Positions 17,563 to 28,367 of a stretch of DNA of 64,000 nucleotides are shown here, piece by piece (position 1 is the stretch's first letter; each line of letters begins with the position of its first letter). Location of the stretch: positions 1 through 64,000 of IMG/VR virus record IMGVR_UViG_3300032053_000011; one strand, written 5' to 3'. The translations under genes and the position numbers were made by a program. The notes beneath the pieces were generated by a model that searched no databases, was not told the DNA's origin, and saw only the letters and a list, made by a program, of their open reading frames with translations. The stretch is from a virus.

Positions 17563-18005
17563 GCTGCACCTCGCGCACGTTGCGCCGCACGTGCGAGACG
17601 CATCGCGCGCCCCCGTTCGTAGCCTGCTGCCGATGCGGCCTCGCGGCGCGCCTTGCGGTCGATCTGCTCGGGCACTGCGAGCCACGCCTCGACGGCAGCA
17701 CTGTCCGGCAGCTTTGCCTCCCGCGCGACTGCGATCGCGAGCCCCTTGCTCCCGCCATGGATCTGACCGCTGTGGACCGCAGTCGGTTCCACGACGCGGT
17801 AGGGGATGTCGCGCAAGAACGCATATGCGAGCAGCATCCACCGGGCTTCGTTGCCGATGCTGCGCTTGTCGTTCCAGAGATCGTAGCGCGCGCGTGCGAA
17901 CGCCTTCTGGATCTGTGCCCTGATCGCCCGACCTTGCGCGGCCAACTCGGCGATCCGAGCCCGCAACCCAACCAACTGTGACTTCTTCATTTTCGCAAAC
18001 CTCAT
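17559..18005 (-). CDS. hypothetical phage protein
   Basis: EARWMLLAYAFLRDIPY..VE pattern recalled from phage proteins near PTH2 genes. Confidence 0.6.
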   Translation of the reverse strand: MRFAKMKKSQLVGLRARIAELAAQGRAIRAQIQKAFARARYDLWNDKRSIGNEARWMLLAYAFLRDIPYRVVEPTAVHSGQIHGGSKGLAIAVAREAKLPDSAAVEAWLAVPEQIDRKARREAASAAGYERGRAMRLARAAQRARGAA

Positions 18006-18336
18006 CGTTCGTGCCTTCGGTCATCGAATTCTCTTCGAGACGGCACGATGGGAGGTCCGCGACAGTGACAAACCTACATGAAGTGTTCGAGCATGGTCCG
18101 ATCATCCTATCCACCGGGTCGGTGATTGTCGAGGGCGCGGGTGCGAATCGCTCGGTCTCGTGCCTCGGCGCGCGCGAGAGACTCCGCGCTGCGCGTGAAT
18201 CCATTCTCCGTCATCCACAAACACGAGATGCCCTTGAACCGCGGGCCGCGACCCATGGTATTGCGAATGTAGGGGCAGTCGAGTATCGGCGTGAAGCATC
18301 CGCAAGGGAGCACTGGTCCGATCGGTTCGTCCGAGC

Positions 18337-18687
18337 TCATTCGCGTCCTTCTGTTCGAATTCTCGGTCGACTGCGTTCCAGCAAATATTCCTGGAACATC
18401 TCGAGGTCGTGGAGCCGTTGAGACTGCTCTACCGAGGATCGGTAGAGCCTGTCGACGCGACGGTTGACGGTTTCCGTGCGGGACCAACCCCGCGAGTCAA
18501 TGTCGATCTGTTGCAGCTCGAGACGATCGACTCGGCGTTCAAGGCGCTCCACGTCTGCACGCAGACGCATCTCTTCGGCGGAGACGATGGGCGGAACGTA
18601 CTGCGGGCGCGTCGGCAGCATCGCCGCCGCCGCGACGGTACAGAGCGCGATGAAGACGAGGATGCCGTTCTTGCTCATGTCATTCAT
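18337..18687 (-). CDS. membrane-anchored coiled-coil protein
   Basis: N-terminal hydrophobic segment GILVFIALCTVAAAAML followed by heptads. Confidence 0.55.
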   Translation of the reverse strand: MNDMSKNGILVFIALCTVAAAAMLPTRPQYVPPIVSAEEMRLRADVERLERRVDRLELQQIDIDSRGWSRTETVNRRVDRLYRSSVEQSQRLHDLEMFQEYLLERSRPRIRTEGRE

Positions 18688-19682
18688 GGTGATACCGGTG
18701 GCTTCCGCATCGCCGCGAGCGCTCTGTGCACGAGAGCGAGATCGGCGCGATGGTGGTGGCAGATACGATGCCCGCAGTCGACATTCTCGCACGCCGTGTA
18801 GCCGCTCGTGCGCATACCCTCGGATGCCTCGAGCGCGTCGAGTAGCTGCGCACGCGTCAGCTCTCCTTCGCGGCGCACCTCGACAACGTGGCCGAAGCCG
18901 CGATCGAGCTGATCCGCGCTATAACTGTTCTCGTGCCCGTCGAAGAACGTGAACACGAATTGGCGCTTGTCGTCCCACCAGCCGGTCATCGGCGCCACCG
19001 GCCCGGGTCGCGCGCTGATGGACGTTGGATACCGCAGACGCCGCATCGTTCGCTGTCCGGCATCTGGAGGCGTGCGAACGGACAGACGCATTCCCACGCG
19101 CCACTATCTGGATAGGCGAGCCTACCAAGTGGTGGGAATTGGATCTCGACCCCGAGTTCTCGTGCGCGCCGAACAGTCTGCGGCCCAACGATTCCATCCG
19201 CCATGGTCACCCGCATCCGCACCTGTAAGTCATGAATCACTTCGCGATTCATGCCACCAGCCTCGTAGTATCCCTTCATGTCCAGCGCTGCCTGTTTTTC
19301 GGCAACGAATGGACGGAGTTGGCGCTCGATTACCCGTTCAAGATGCTCGATGAAGATGTTCGGCGTGAGTGTGACGCATCCGTCCTTCACACTTGGCTTG
19401 ACCGGCACGCGTTCGTTGTCCTCCTCGGGCATCAGTTCGGCGCCGATGATGCGGAATCGGTCGTTCACAGTAGAACTCCCATCGGCACCGTGATTGCCTT
19501 GCCACAGTGCGGACACGCCATCGGCACGTCGATCCACTGCCCGCCGCCTTTATGCGGCTGAGCAAACACGGACAGACCAATCTCCTCACCTTCAGCGTTC
19601 AGTTCGATGAAGTGGGTGCCAAGGGGTGGTGCCGTGGGTCTCTCGGCAATGAGACCTTTCAATAGAACCCGTGGGCGCGTGT

Positions 19683-21020
19683 TCATCGGGACTTCGCGAT
19701 CTGGCACACCGTGCGGTGCAGCACATCCACGCCCTTCATGAAGTCCGTCATGTCCATCGCCTCGTTCGGATTGTGCGACCCGTTCTGGTTGCGGATGAAG
19801 AGCATTCCGGTCGGGATGCCCGCCATGGCGAACATGGCGGCATCGTGCCCGGCCCCACTGGGCATCGCCATCCTTGGAACATCGACGTGCTCACAGGCCT
19901 CGTGAAGGAAGCGTTGGATCGACTTGTCCATATTGGCTGGCTCGCTGCGGATCGGCGCGCTGATCTCGAAGGTGCAGCCCAGGCAGCTCGTAACCTCATC
20001 GGTCATCCGGCGAAGGTCACGGCCCATGGCCGTCAGAGTCCCCTTGTTCAGACTTCGCCACTCGAGCGAGAACATCGTCTTCGCGGCGATCGCCGAGACC
20101 GACTCTGTGGCTTGATCGGTATGCAGGATGCCGGTCGTCGTCACGAGGTCATCGTATCCCAGAAGTGTCCCATTCATCGACCAGTCTCTCCAACGGTAGA
20201 GCAGTTGCACGGTTGCTTCCACGGCATCGTGGCGCGCATGCATTGGTGTCGTTCCAGAATGGCCTGCTTCTCCATGGCAGGTGATCGTATGTCGGACGTT
20301 CCCGCGGATGCCGGTGACAACCCCGAGGGGGATGTCCGCATCCACGAGAACCGGCCCCTGTTCGATGTGCAGCTCGAGGTAGGCACGGATCGAGTCGGGG
20401 GATCGTAGCGGCTTCGAGAGAGCTTTCCGGCACGATGCCCGTCTCGCGAGCGCCGCGTCGGAATAGGGCGTGCCATTCGAACTCAGAATGTCGCGCCCGA
20501 GTCGCGCACCATCGGGACCTGGGGCAGTATCAGCCCCGAAGATCTCTCGAAGAGTCATGCCGGTCGCCCGCGAGACGCGAGAGAACGTATCATCCGTCCA
20601 GCCCTCGAGCAGAGCCTTGCTCCCGAGGTAGCATTCTCCGAACCACGCACTCTCTTCGCCACGCAAGGCCACGACCTGAAGCGGCAGTTTCATCCCAGCC
20701 ATCTGCAACCGCCGCATCACCAGCAGCCCGGCGACCACGCCTGCGGCGCCATCGAAATTGCCGCCACATGGGACGGAGTCCAGGTGGCTGCCGATCACGA
20801 TGGACCGATTCGTTGGCGAACCGAGCCAGAGATTGCGAGCGTCATCGACGTATCCATCGATGCCGAACTCACGAGCGTCCAGAAAGATCAGCCCGTGGGC
20901 CAAGTTCTCGCCGAGACCATAGGTCTGTCGCGTAACGCCGGGCGCCCCATCAGGATCACGACCCGTTTCACGGAGTCTCTCGAAGAGCGTGATCGCGTAC
21001 TTGAGTTCGACGTCATCCAT
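19683..21020 (-). CDS. M20-family Zn-dependent N-carbamoyl-amino-acid/allantoate amidohydrolase
   Basis: GSHLDSV..GGNFDG..GV, GEES, ELHIEQGP, HSGTTPM, SGAGHDA, SHNPNE motifs. Confidence 0.9.
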   Translation of the reverse strand: MDDVELKYAITLFERLRETGRDPDGAPGVTRQTYGLGENLAHGLIFLDAREFGIDGYVDDARNLWLGSPTNRSIVIGSHLDSVPCGGNFDGAAGVVAGLLVMRRLQMAGMKLPLQVVALRGEESAWFGECYLGSKALLEGWTDDTFSRVSRATGMTLREIFGADTAPGPDGARLGRDILSSNGTPYSDAALARRASCRKALSKPLRSPDSIRAYLELHIEQGPVLVDADIPLGVVTGIRGNVRHTITCHGEAGHSGTTPMHARHDAVEATVQLLYRWRDWSMNGTLLGYDDLVTTTGILHTDQATESVSAIAAKTMFSLEWRSLNKGTLTAMGRDLRRMTDEVTSCLGCTFEISAPIRSEPANMDKSIQRFLHEACEHVDVPRMAMPSGAGHDAAMFAMAGIPTGMLFIRNQNGSHNPNEAMDMTDFMKGVDVLHRTVCQIAKSR

Positions 21021-21568
21021 TACTTCAACGCCGTGGATGTCCGCGGAATCGTATGCGCACAGCCCACGATCGGGTCGAACAGATGAGCGCCGTCGGGCGC
21101 GAGCGCGCGACCGCACTGGCAGATGCCGATGGTCGTCGGATTCCACGGTACGTTGCACAGAAACACCGGCATCTGCTGATTGGCGTCGCCGCTGACAGCC
21201 AGCCTCGCTTCCTCCTGAGTGCGCGCTGCGACTCTGTAGACGTGGCCACCGGACTTGACCGTGAACAACGTCTTGGGCTGGTCCGTCGGTTCCGCATCGG
21301 CCAACGGCGGGATCTCGCCATTGATCTCGGGATCGCAGAAGCCCGGGTTGTCGTACCCGTGCATCATCTTCTCCATGGCGTCCTTGATCGAGATCGCATC
21401 CCACGGCCGCCTCCAGCGGATGATCAGCCGGGCGCAGTCGCGCAGCGCGTCGTTGTAGCCCGACTCGTATTGCGACTCGAGTACGTGTTTCACGTCGGCA
21501 GCGATGCGCAGCGACGCCTGCTCGACGACCCTTGCGACATCGCGAGCCAGATCCTCTTCGTACGTCAT
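21020..21568 (-). CDS. hypothetical protein
   Basis: TAATG/ATGA coupling; C-terminal CQCG. Confidence 0.55.
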   Translation of the reverse strand: MTYEEDLARDVARVVEQASLRIAADVKHVLESQYESGYNDALRDCARLIIRWRRPWDAISIKDAMEKMMHGYDNPGFCDPEINGEIPPLADAEPTDQPKTLFTVKSGGHVYRVAARTQEEARLAVSGDANQQMPVFLCNVPWNPTTIGICQCGRALAPDGAHLFDPIVGCAHTIPRTSTALK

Positions 21569-22611
21569 CGTTTCTCCTGAGATGGGCGCCACATGCGTTC
21601 GGGCTTCGTCATGCCTTCGGGCCACGCCTCGGCCCGCTCGGCGTTCGCAAAGTCGAGACCGCGCCGTATGCCCTCGTGCGTCGCTTGGCACATCTCGTTG
21701 CAGAACGCGTCAGTCTCGGTGATGATCTTCGCTGCATCGGACTCGCCGCCATCGAGCCTGACGAAATCGTGGCAGCCGCCGCAATTCTGCCACCATCCCC
21801 GCTCCAGCTTGTCGCGAATGTTTGGCCGTCCAGGAACGCCAGCGAACTCGTCGAACTTGGGCGAACGCGTGACTTCAAGGTTGATGAAGTCGACGCCATC
21901 CAGGTAACCATTCTTGCGAGCGTCGCGCGCGGTGCGCCCGAAGACCAACTCACATGCCTCATGGTAGCCAGTGCGGTCACGAAGGGTGAACGCCAGCAGC
22001 ACGGTTTTTCTATACCGAGCCTTCGCGGGCTTCCCACCTCGCCGCGCAATCGCCGCTGGCTTCGCAGGCGCAAATGCCACCGGTCCAAGCTCTTGCAATG
22101 GGAACCTGCGAACGCGTTTGCGCACGCCGTTGCCAAGATCAATCTCGACCCAGTCCTGCTGCGTCGTATCCAGCGTCGGTGATTTGATGTTCTTGGGAGC
22201 GTCGGACGTGATCCGCGCAACGACCCGCTCAAACGAATCACCACCGAGATTGACTGGGGAGAGGATTCTCACCGGGTCGCCATCGGTCTTGCCGAGCCGC
22301 TCGAGCTCGCCGCGCAACCGCTGAATCTCGAGGTTCGCAGCGACCAGTGCCGACGATTCGTCGACGACGTCGAGGTCTCTGCCGGGACCGCGCTCGTCGT
22401 CCCCGAGAGTTTCATCGAGATCGTTGAGTGCTATGAGAATGCCGGGCCGGTAGCGATTCCACTCCTCGAGCGACTCGAGAAGCGAAAGTGAACCGCCATC
22501 GACCGGCTTGAAGTCTTGCATCCAGCAAGCGCGCCGCTTCGCAAGCCATCGGCGCAGCGATCCGATGGTGATCGCCAGTTTGTCAGTCGCCGTCGTTTCC
22601 TCAGTCGTCAC
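21565..22611 (-). CDS. hypothetical phage protein
   Basis: 348-aa coupled ORF with GWWQNCGGC and FCNEMC motifs. Confidence 0.6.
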   Translation of the reverse strand: MTTEETTATDKLAITIGSLRRWLAKRRACWMQDFKPVDGGSLSLLESLEEWNRYRPGILIALNDLDETLGDDERGPGRDLDVVDESSALVAANLEIQRLRGELERLGKTDGDPVRILSPVNLGGDSFERVVARITSDAPKNIKSPTLDTTQQDWVEIDLGNGVRKRVRRFPLQELGPVAFAPAKPAAIARRGGKPAKARYRKTVLLAFTLRDRTGYHEACELVFGRTARDARKNGYLDGVDFINLEVTRSPKFDEFAGVPGRPNIRDKLERGWWQNCGGCHDFVRLDGGESDAAKIITETDAFCNEMCQATHEGIRRGLDFANAERAEAWPEGMTKPERMWRPSQEKR

Positions 22612-23465
22612 GTGGTCGGTCCTTTCAGAATCGCCATCAACTCGAGACGGGTGGCGATCTCAGACTCCCCCCGCTCGCGCTGATATCGCTCGGCCTCTAC
22701 CTTATCCTCCGAGCGGATGGCCTCCTCGGATGCTCTCGCCATCGCTTCCATGTCGTCGGCTGCCAGCGTCCCGATCGGGCTGTAGAAGAACAGCACGTCG
22801 CTGAATCCCGTTGGTAGATAGACCGCGCCGCTCTCCGGCATCTCGAACTCAGTAAGATGTGCGCCCTTCGCGTGGTGCCCGAAGTTCGCGATGGCCACGC
22901 TTAACGCTTGTCCATCCGCGGCAGGCGTCGCACGGCTCGCAACCGCAGGCTTTCCCTCGTCGTGTGCACACCTGAGCCAATGGTCGCTGGCTTCGAACAT
23001 CGCGCGCCGGGCTTGATAGAACGCTTCGCGGTCCGGCGCCACAATGACCACGCCGTCCTTGCAGTGCTTGCAGCCGTAGTGCTTCGGGTCCGGGACATAA
23101 TCGAATGCGATCTCATCCTTGTAGTCGTCCGCGGCCTCGAATGCGGCGCACGCGGTGACGCCCGGCGGGTATACTCCGAGATCGTCGAAGTACGATGTGC
23201 TCTCCCACGTGAGGTAGCTCCAGAACTCACGACGTGCGGTCTCGACGCGGATCGCGTTGTCCATCGCGAGCATTGCCGCGGATGGCGCGAGAACCTCGAT
23301 GTCGAAGTACCCACGGACTTCTGCGAACCGCTGCTTTTCCAGCACGGCCTTGAAGGCAGTCAGAATCGCCGCATGGGTACGCGCAAGGATCAGATGGTGA
23401 CCGTCGTTCTCCGTATGCCATCGGCACATGCGCCAACGACCGCCGAATGGGAAGATGACCTTCAC
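22608..23465 (-). CDS. hypothetical protein
   Basis: GTGA-coupled ORF. Confidence 0.55.
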   Translation of the reverse strand: MKVIFPFGGRWRMCRWHTENDGHHLILARTHAAILTAFKAVLEKQRFAEVRGYFDIEVLAPSAAMLAMDNAIRVETARREFWSYLTWESTSYFDDLGVYPPGVTACAAFEAADDYKDEIAFDYVPDPKHYGCKHCKDGVVIVAPDREAFYQARRAMFEASDHWLRCAHDEGKPAVASRATPAADGQALSVAIANFGHHAKGAHLTEFEMPESGAVYLPTGFSDVLFFYSPIGTLAADDMEAMARASEEAIRSEDKVEAERYQRERGESEIATRLELMAILKGPTT

Positions 23466-24088
23466 GTGAGTGCCTTCCAGTCCGCCGGAAATGCGCATGC
23501 GATTGCGAGCACGCCATCGGTGGAAACGTACAATGTCCCGACCGGCACACTTCCAGCCGCCGGTCTTTGCGCGAGCGGTCCGCTCATGATTTGGCTGGAT
23601 GGCGAACGCGACGGACCCGGTGGCCCCCATGCCTTGGCCGCGGCAACAATTTGCTCCAACGTCGGTGGCCCCAGCGACTGCACGATCACGTCGACGTCTA
23701 CCGAGTCGGTTGTGACGACGTCCATCGTTCGGAAGATGATGGACCACATGTTCTCTACGGCACGTATCCGATCCTCGATCGGAGCATGTGCATCGAGCCG
23801 GGCCATCAGAGCTACGCACTCTCGGGCATGCAGTTCTGGGCAGAGCCGCAGCGCCAACTCTTCGTGCAGCCGGAGATCGAGCAGCACATCGATCCGCTGC
23901 TTCATGGTGAGCAGATCCCACATCTGTGCCAGCCGGTCATCCGTCCATTCCACCGCATGATGCAGCGGAACATCCCCCTGATGCAGAACATCCGTGCGGA
24001 TCGCATCCCAAAGTTCATGCGCGAGACGCCTTGCCTCGTTGATCTCTGCCACCAGTGGCATATCACTCGTCAACGGCGCGTCGCTCAT
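23462..24088 (-). CDS. PL/GPPT-motif family paralogue (dispersed copy)
   Basis: GDVPLHHAVEWTDDRLAQ.W...LGPPTLEQIVAAA; clearly similar to 7380..8003. Confidence 0.8.
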   Translation of the reverse strand: MSDAPLTSDMPLVAEINEARRLAHELWDAIRTDVLHQGDVPLHHAVEWTDDRLAQMWDLLTMKQRIDVLLDLRLHEELALRLCPELHARECVALMARLDAHAPIEDRIRAVENMWSIIFRTMDVVTTDSVDVDVIVQSLGPPTLEQIVAAAKAWGPPGPSRSPSSQIMSGPLAQRPAAGSVPVGTLYVSTDGVLAIACAFPADWKALT

Positions 24089-24103
24089 GCTGCCTCGTTC
24101 AGA

Positions 24104-24133
24104 GTGATAGCGCATCGCTAGCACTCGTGTCAA
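24104..24133 (-). promoter_or_regulatory. GCTAGC-box promoter
   Basis: TTGACA-18bp-TATCAC with GCTAGC and GCTATC boxes; GAGG SD before ATG 24088. Confidence 0.55.
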
Positions 24134-24499
24134 CTCACTCGCTGTCGTCGAAGTCGAAGTGATCTCGTACCTGGATCCAGGTCGCCTCGATGATCTTGCC
24201 GTCCTGGTACGGACCGATCTCCGAAAACAGAGCGCCCAGTAGTTCATGAGACCGCTCGAGATGCTTCAACTCATCGGCGATGCCGCGAAGTGTGATGGGT
24301 TCGCGAAATGGACTGACCTTCGCAGTGCGAGTCGGCTGCGTTAGACGGGTGCGCGGGAGGCTGCATTCGGCACACTGCGGGGCGCCCGAGGAGGACGTCT
24401 GACAAGTGATCCCATGCGGGCAATGGTGGAGAGCTTGAAGCCCTCGGGCGTTTCGTCCGCACCTGTGGCAGTGGACCTTCCCTCCGGTCTTCTGCTCCG

Positions 24500-24823
24500 T
24501 CATCGGCGAGCCCGGCGCGCCGCTACGTTCTGCGCGCGAAGCGAGCTGACGACGATCATCGCAGCCTGCTCGGCGGTGGTGTTGAGCCGGTCGTTGAAGC
24601 GCTGTGCGCACGCTTCGGCGAGAGCGAATGTCGAAAAGGCGTAATCGGCAACGGGATGGTATCCGGCCTCGCCTTCGACGACGACACCGATGCCGAACGG
24701 CTTGCCTTTGACTGGCATGCCGCCCATCGAACCGCTGTCCGTCGCGGCATACGCCGTCTTCTTCTCGGTGGTCGCGATCGTCTCGGTCGGGATCTTCGTA
24801 ACGGTCACTTTCGTCTTGGCCAT
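24500..24823 (-). CDS. hypothetical protein
   Basis: AAGGAGGA SD upstream of ATG. Confidence 0.6.
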   Translation of the reverse strand: MAKTKVTVTKIPTETIATTEKKTAYAATDSGSMGGMPVKGKPFGIGVVVEGEAGYHPVADYAFSTFALAEACAQRFNDRLNTTAEQAAMIVVSSLRAQNVAARRARR

Positions 24824-24824
24824 C

Positions 24825-25103
24825 TCATCCTCCTTCGTTGTCTGTACTTCCAACAGCCTCTACGAGAAAGGCATCGATTGCCGACCTTAGCGCTCGCATA
24901 TCCTCGATGTTGAGCGCCGCCGTCGCGATCACGAAGTCCTTGCCCTCTTTCCCATGGTCGAGCGAGATCGGCGCGCGGATCTGAAGATTCCAGACCGAGC
25001 CCATCTGCTCGCAGTAGAGTCGGATCGAGCGTTCTCGAATCGCAATCTTGGACTTGCTGATCCTGATGAACGCGATCAGACGATCGAAGTCGTGGTGGCT
25101 CAT
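24825..25103 (-). CDS. hypothetical protein
   Basis: ATGA-coupled ORF. Confidence 0.5.
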   Translation of the reverse strand: MSHHDFDRLIAFIRISKSKIAIRERSIRLYCEQMGSVWNLQIRAPISLDHGKEGKDFVIATAALNIEDMRALRSAIDAFLVEAVGSTDNEGG

Positions 25104-25386
25104 GGAGCCCCGGGAAGGTTCGCGAGCTTCCGTGCGATCTCGTACGAGAGACCCTTTGCTCGGGCCTGCGAAGGGAGCTCGGACATGACAAAGGTAGCTC
25201 GATCGCGCCGCATGCGAATCTCCCACGATCCCGGGATTATTTCGTTGATGCAGATCACGAATCCACAGACCGTTCGCATGTGGACGGTCGACAGCTTCTG
25301 CTTCTTGCCTCCTGCGCCGTGCAGCACTCCCGATGTCTTCCATCGTGCATCTGTATTCCAGACACCCATAGTTCTGCTCCTCGCTT

Positions 25387-26721
25387 CTACGTGTCGATGT
25401 GCGTTACGAGGCGTACGGGCCGCCGGTACAACTCCTGGAGCGTCCGCACGAGTTGCCGACCTTCGTGCGTCAGATCCTCGAGCGTGCACTGCCACGGGGA
25501 GTACGGAGACTCATCGCAGTCTTTCTTCGGGTCGGGTTCACCGCGCCACCAGCAGCCATCGCTCGTTCCGAGCGGTACGCAGGCGAGCACGGGCTCCATG
25601 CGCTCGAGCGAGATGCCATGATGGTTCGGCTCGATCAGCTCCGCGCGGCTCCACGGGTTGTGACGCCATGGTTTCCTCGGAGTCGCTGGCGATACGAAAG
25701 CATCAACGACTGCGAGTACGACCATTCCACCCTGCCCATCGTCGTGAAGATGGGTCGGCCAGTTCACCAGCCCGCGAACCTCGAATGCCATGTCGCTTCG
25801 AGGTCCACGTCCCGGCTGTCGCAATACGCGCGCCGCGCGGCCGATCGCGAGAAGGTACTCGAGCAATTTCTCTCGGCCCCATGCGTGAATCAGCACCGCC
25901 AGATCGTCGCCGTCGCGCTCATACGTCGGCTCGTCACGTTCTGAGAGCTCATGGATCTCGATCAGGTTCATCGGCAAAGGCGACTTCGCAGAGATTGAGA
26001 TCACCCTCTTGCGTGGCCCTACAGTGAACTCCACCGGACCGATGAAGAACGAGTACCAGGGCACGAGATTCAACGGGTCTGGACCGTACCCGCTCGGCAG
26101 CTCCGTCGGCACGAACTCGATTTCCAGCGCGGACTTCACCGCCGCGAATGTCTCGCCGAACAGGGCCTCGTGTCGCGTCCGAATCGGATGCGTCGGAATC
26201 GGCAGGTTCGCCGTGTCCTCTGGATTGACCTGCTCCCAGCCAGTAGGCTGACGGATGAAGGCCTTCATGCCCGCAGGCATCTGCGGCGGCAATGGCGAGC
26301 GCTCGAATCCTTTCGGATGCTGCCACGCAGCCGAAGAGCGAAAGCTGGCGAGTCGGTCGGTCCACTCGGACCGGACGTCATCTGGAATCGCCATGCCTCG
26401 AGCATCGGGCGGCAAGCCCATGGCCTTGTTGGTCTCGAGACGGTGGATGGCCGAGAGTTCGGCACGCGCCGCCTCGAGTCGCTCCGCTTCCAGAGCCCAT
26501 GCTGGAACGACTGCCAGCTCGATCCAGATCAGCTCCGCAGCCAATTCGCTGATGACGAACAGATTCGCATGGCCTTGTGCGAAGAACACCGCATGGGTCA
26601 GACACCCCGTGCACTTGTAATGGCCGACACTGCTGTCGTCCGTGTTGTAGCGTTGATCGCCGAGATCCCATGTGGTGCAGCCACACCATGGGCACTTCGC
26701 CATCGTCTTCGCAGGGATCAT
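25387..26721 (-). CDS. hypothetical multidomain protein with N-terminal Zn ribbon
   Basis: CPWCG...CTGC; AGGAG SD; 444 aa. Confidence 0.65.
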   Translation of the reverse strand: MIPAKTMAKCPWCGCTTWDLGDQRYNTDDSSVGHYKCTGCLTHAVFFAQGHANLFVISELAAELIWIELAVVPAWALEAERLEAARAELSAIHRLETNKAMGLPPDARGMAIPDDVRSEWTDRLASFRSSAAWQHPKGFERSPLPPQMPAGMKAFIRQPTGWEQVNPEDTANLPIPTHPIRTRHEALFGETFAAVKSALEIEFVPTELPSGYGPDPLNLVPWYSFFIGPVEFTVGPRKRVISISAKSPLPMNLIEIHELSERDEPTYERDGDDLAVLIHAWGREKLLEYLLAIGRAARVLRQPGRGPRSDMAFEVRGLVNWPTHLHDDGQGGMVVLAVVDAFVSPATPRKPWRHNPWSRAELIEPNHHGISLERMEPVLACVPLGTSDGCWWRGEPDPKKDCDESPYSPWQCTLEDLTHEGRQLVRTLQELYRRPVRLVTHIDT

Positions 26722-26948
26722 AGTCTCCTACCGGTTCCGTTTGTCGATCGTGACATCGATAGCCTTGTGCAGTTCGTCCTTCAACCCTCGGGCGATCCGC
26801 GCATGCGCGACAACGTCCTCGTGCTTGGCGACGTTCGGGGTCACCTTGATGACACCCTTCACCATGCCGATTGCATTGAGGACATGCTTGATCTCGTCGA
26901 CTCGCATGTCTTCCGCGAGCACGACGACGAAACTGCTGATGCGATCGG

Positions 26949-27473
26949 TCATGGTCGGCGGGCTTTCTTGGCGCCCGGTGCGACGCCAACGGGAGTCACG
27001 GATACAACGGTAGCTTTCAGTGCGAACTCGACACGGCAATCTTGTTCGCAGTGCGGGCAGAGCGCCTTCACGCTCTTCGCGGCAGCCGTGGGTGGCGTCC
27101 AGGACCAGGACTGGTCGATCGGCGTCTTGCACGTCGGGCAGTGAATGCCCGTCAGCCGTACGCCACAAACGTCCAGTGTGATCGTGCCGATCACAACAAC
27201 AGCCGCGGGAAGCTCGGGGAGCGCCACGATCCGACCGCGCTCGATCAGCGCGTCGTCCAGACGGGTGCCGCCGCCAACCGTGCGCGAGAGCGTCAGGGCG
27301 TCCTGCTTCGAGGCGAAGCGATGACGTACCCAGGCCGATGCTATCTCAGAAGAATAGAATCCGGCTCGCGGCTGACCTTCGATCGAAACGAATCGCCGGT
27401 GCGCCCCCCAGAGATAGGCCTTCCACCGGCCATCCTTCATAGGCAGCACCTGTAGTCCGATGAACGACTTCAT
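26949..27473 (-). CDS. hypothetical protein with Zn ribbon
   Basis: CPTC...CPHC; ATGA coupling. Confidence 0.55.
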   Translation of the reverse strand: MKSFIGLQVLPMKDGRWKAYLWGAHRRFVSIEGQPRAGFYSSEIASAWVRHRFASKQDALTLSRTVGGGTRLDDALIERGRIVALPELPAAVVVIGTITLDVCGVRLTGIHCPTCKTPIDQSWSWTPPTAAAKSVKALCPHCEQDCRVEFALKATVVSVTPVGVAPGAKKARRP

Positions 27474-27760
27474 CGTGCCCCCCGGATCGCGAGCAGACGT
27501 TCGCGAAGATACTCACGCGTCGGTCCGTACACCCAGACACGATGCACCCCGGACTCCATGCCCCGAAAGCTTTTCGAGTACGACGTCCTCATCTCTTGGC
27601 TGCACCGGATTTCGGTACCAGGAAGCAGTTCGACCGCCCGGCGACAGACCGCTTCGGTTACGCCGAGACTGACGGCGAGCTCCTTGATCGTGTGGTCGCG
27701 ACCATCGTCGAGAAACGCGTCGACGACGACATCGCGAACCCAGAGTGGTGACAGAGCCAT
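27470..27760 (-). CDS. winged-HTH-like DNA-binding protein
   Basis: TIKELAVSLGVTEAVCRRAV helix-turn-helix pattern. Confidence 0.55.
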   Translation of the reverse strand: MALSPLWVRDVVVDAFLDDGRDHTIKELAVSLGVTEAVCRRAVELLPGTEIRCSQEMRTSYSKSFRGMESGVHRVWVYGPTREYLRERLLAIRGAR

Positions 27761-27767
27761 AGGACCG

Positions 27768-27796
27768 ACGCTAGCGCAGTGCTAGCGCGTCGTCAA
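27768..27796 (-). promoter_or_regulatory. GCTAGC-box sigma70-like promoter (leaderless)
   Basis: TTGACG-17bp-TAGCGT, 7 nt to ATG 27760; two GCTAGC boxes. Confidence 0.7.
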
Positions 27797-28367
27797 CGTC
27801 AATTGTGGCGGTGCTTGTGAGCGGCCGATGGAGGGCTTAGAGTCAGGTCGAAATGGCCGACGTACTACCTCCGCCTGTTCCGGTTCCAACGCCGACTCAC
27901 ATCGTTTTCAACGACTCTGCACACGTGGTTGGCCGTTTCCACGATGCCATCGAGGCCCATGCCTGCATGCGGCATACGCCCGGCGCGGTCGGCACCATGC
28001 GGCTGCCGCGCGGTGTCGTCACTGGATTCATGGCCCCCTTCAACATCTCGGTGAGACGGGCCGAGGCGCGAGCAGAGACGCTCGCGATCGCGACGCTACG
28101 TCGGCTTGTCGGCGCGTGAATCGATCTTCTGGACGCTGAGTTTCGCGACGTAGCTCGCGCCATCGTGCTTCCCGTTCACGTAGTCCCGCAGGACGACGTC
28201 CGAGGCAAGCTGGGCCCGATAGGCCGTCATTGCCTCGGCCTCGGTGTTCCCACGCCACGTATACGTCGCATGGACCGGCAGCACTGCTTCGCCCTTGTAC
28301 ACATCGACGGTGATCACGCACGCCATGGCGCGGACGTTACCATCTCGCCGAAGCGCACGCGAGCAGT

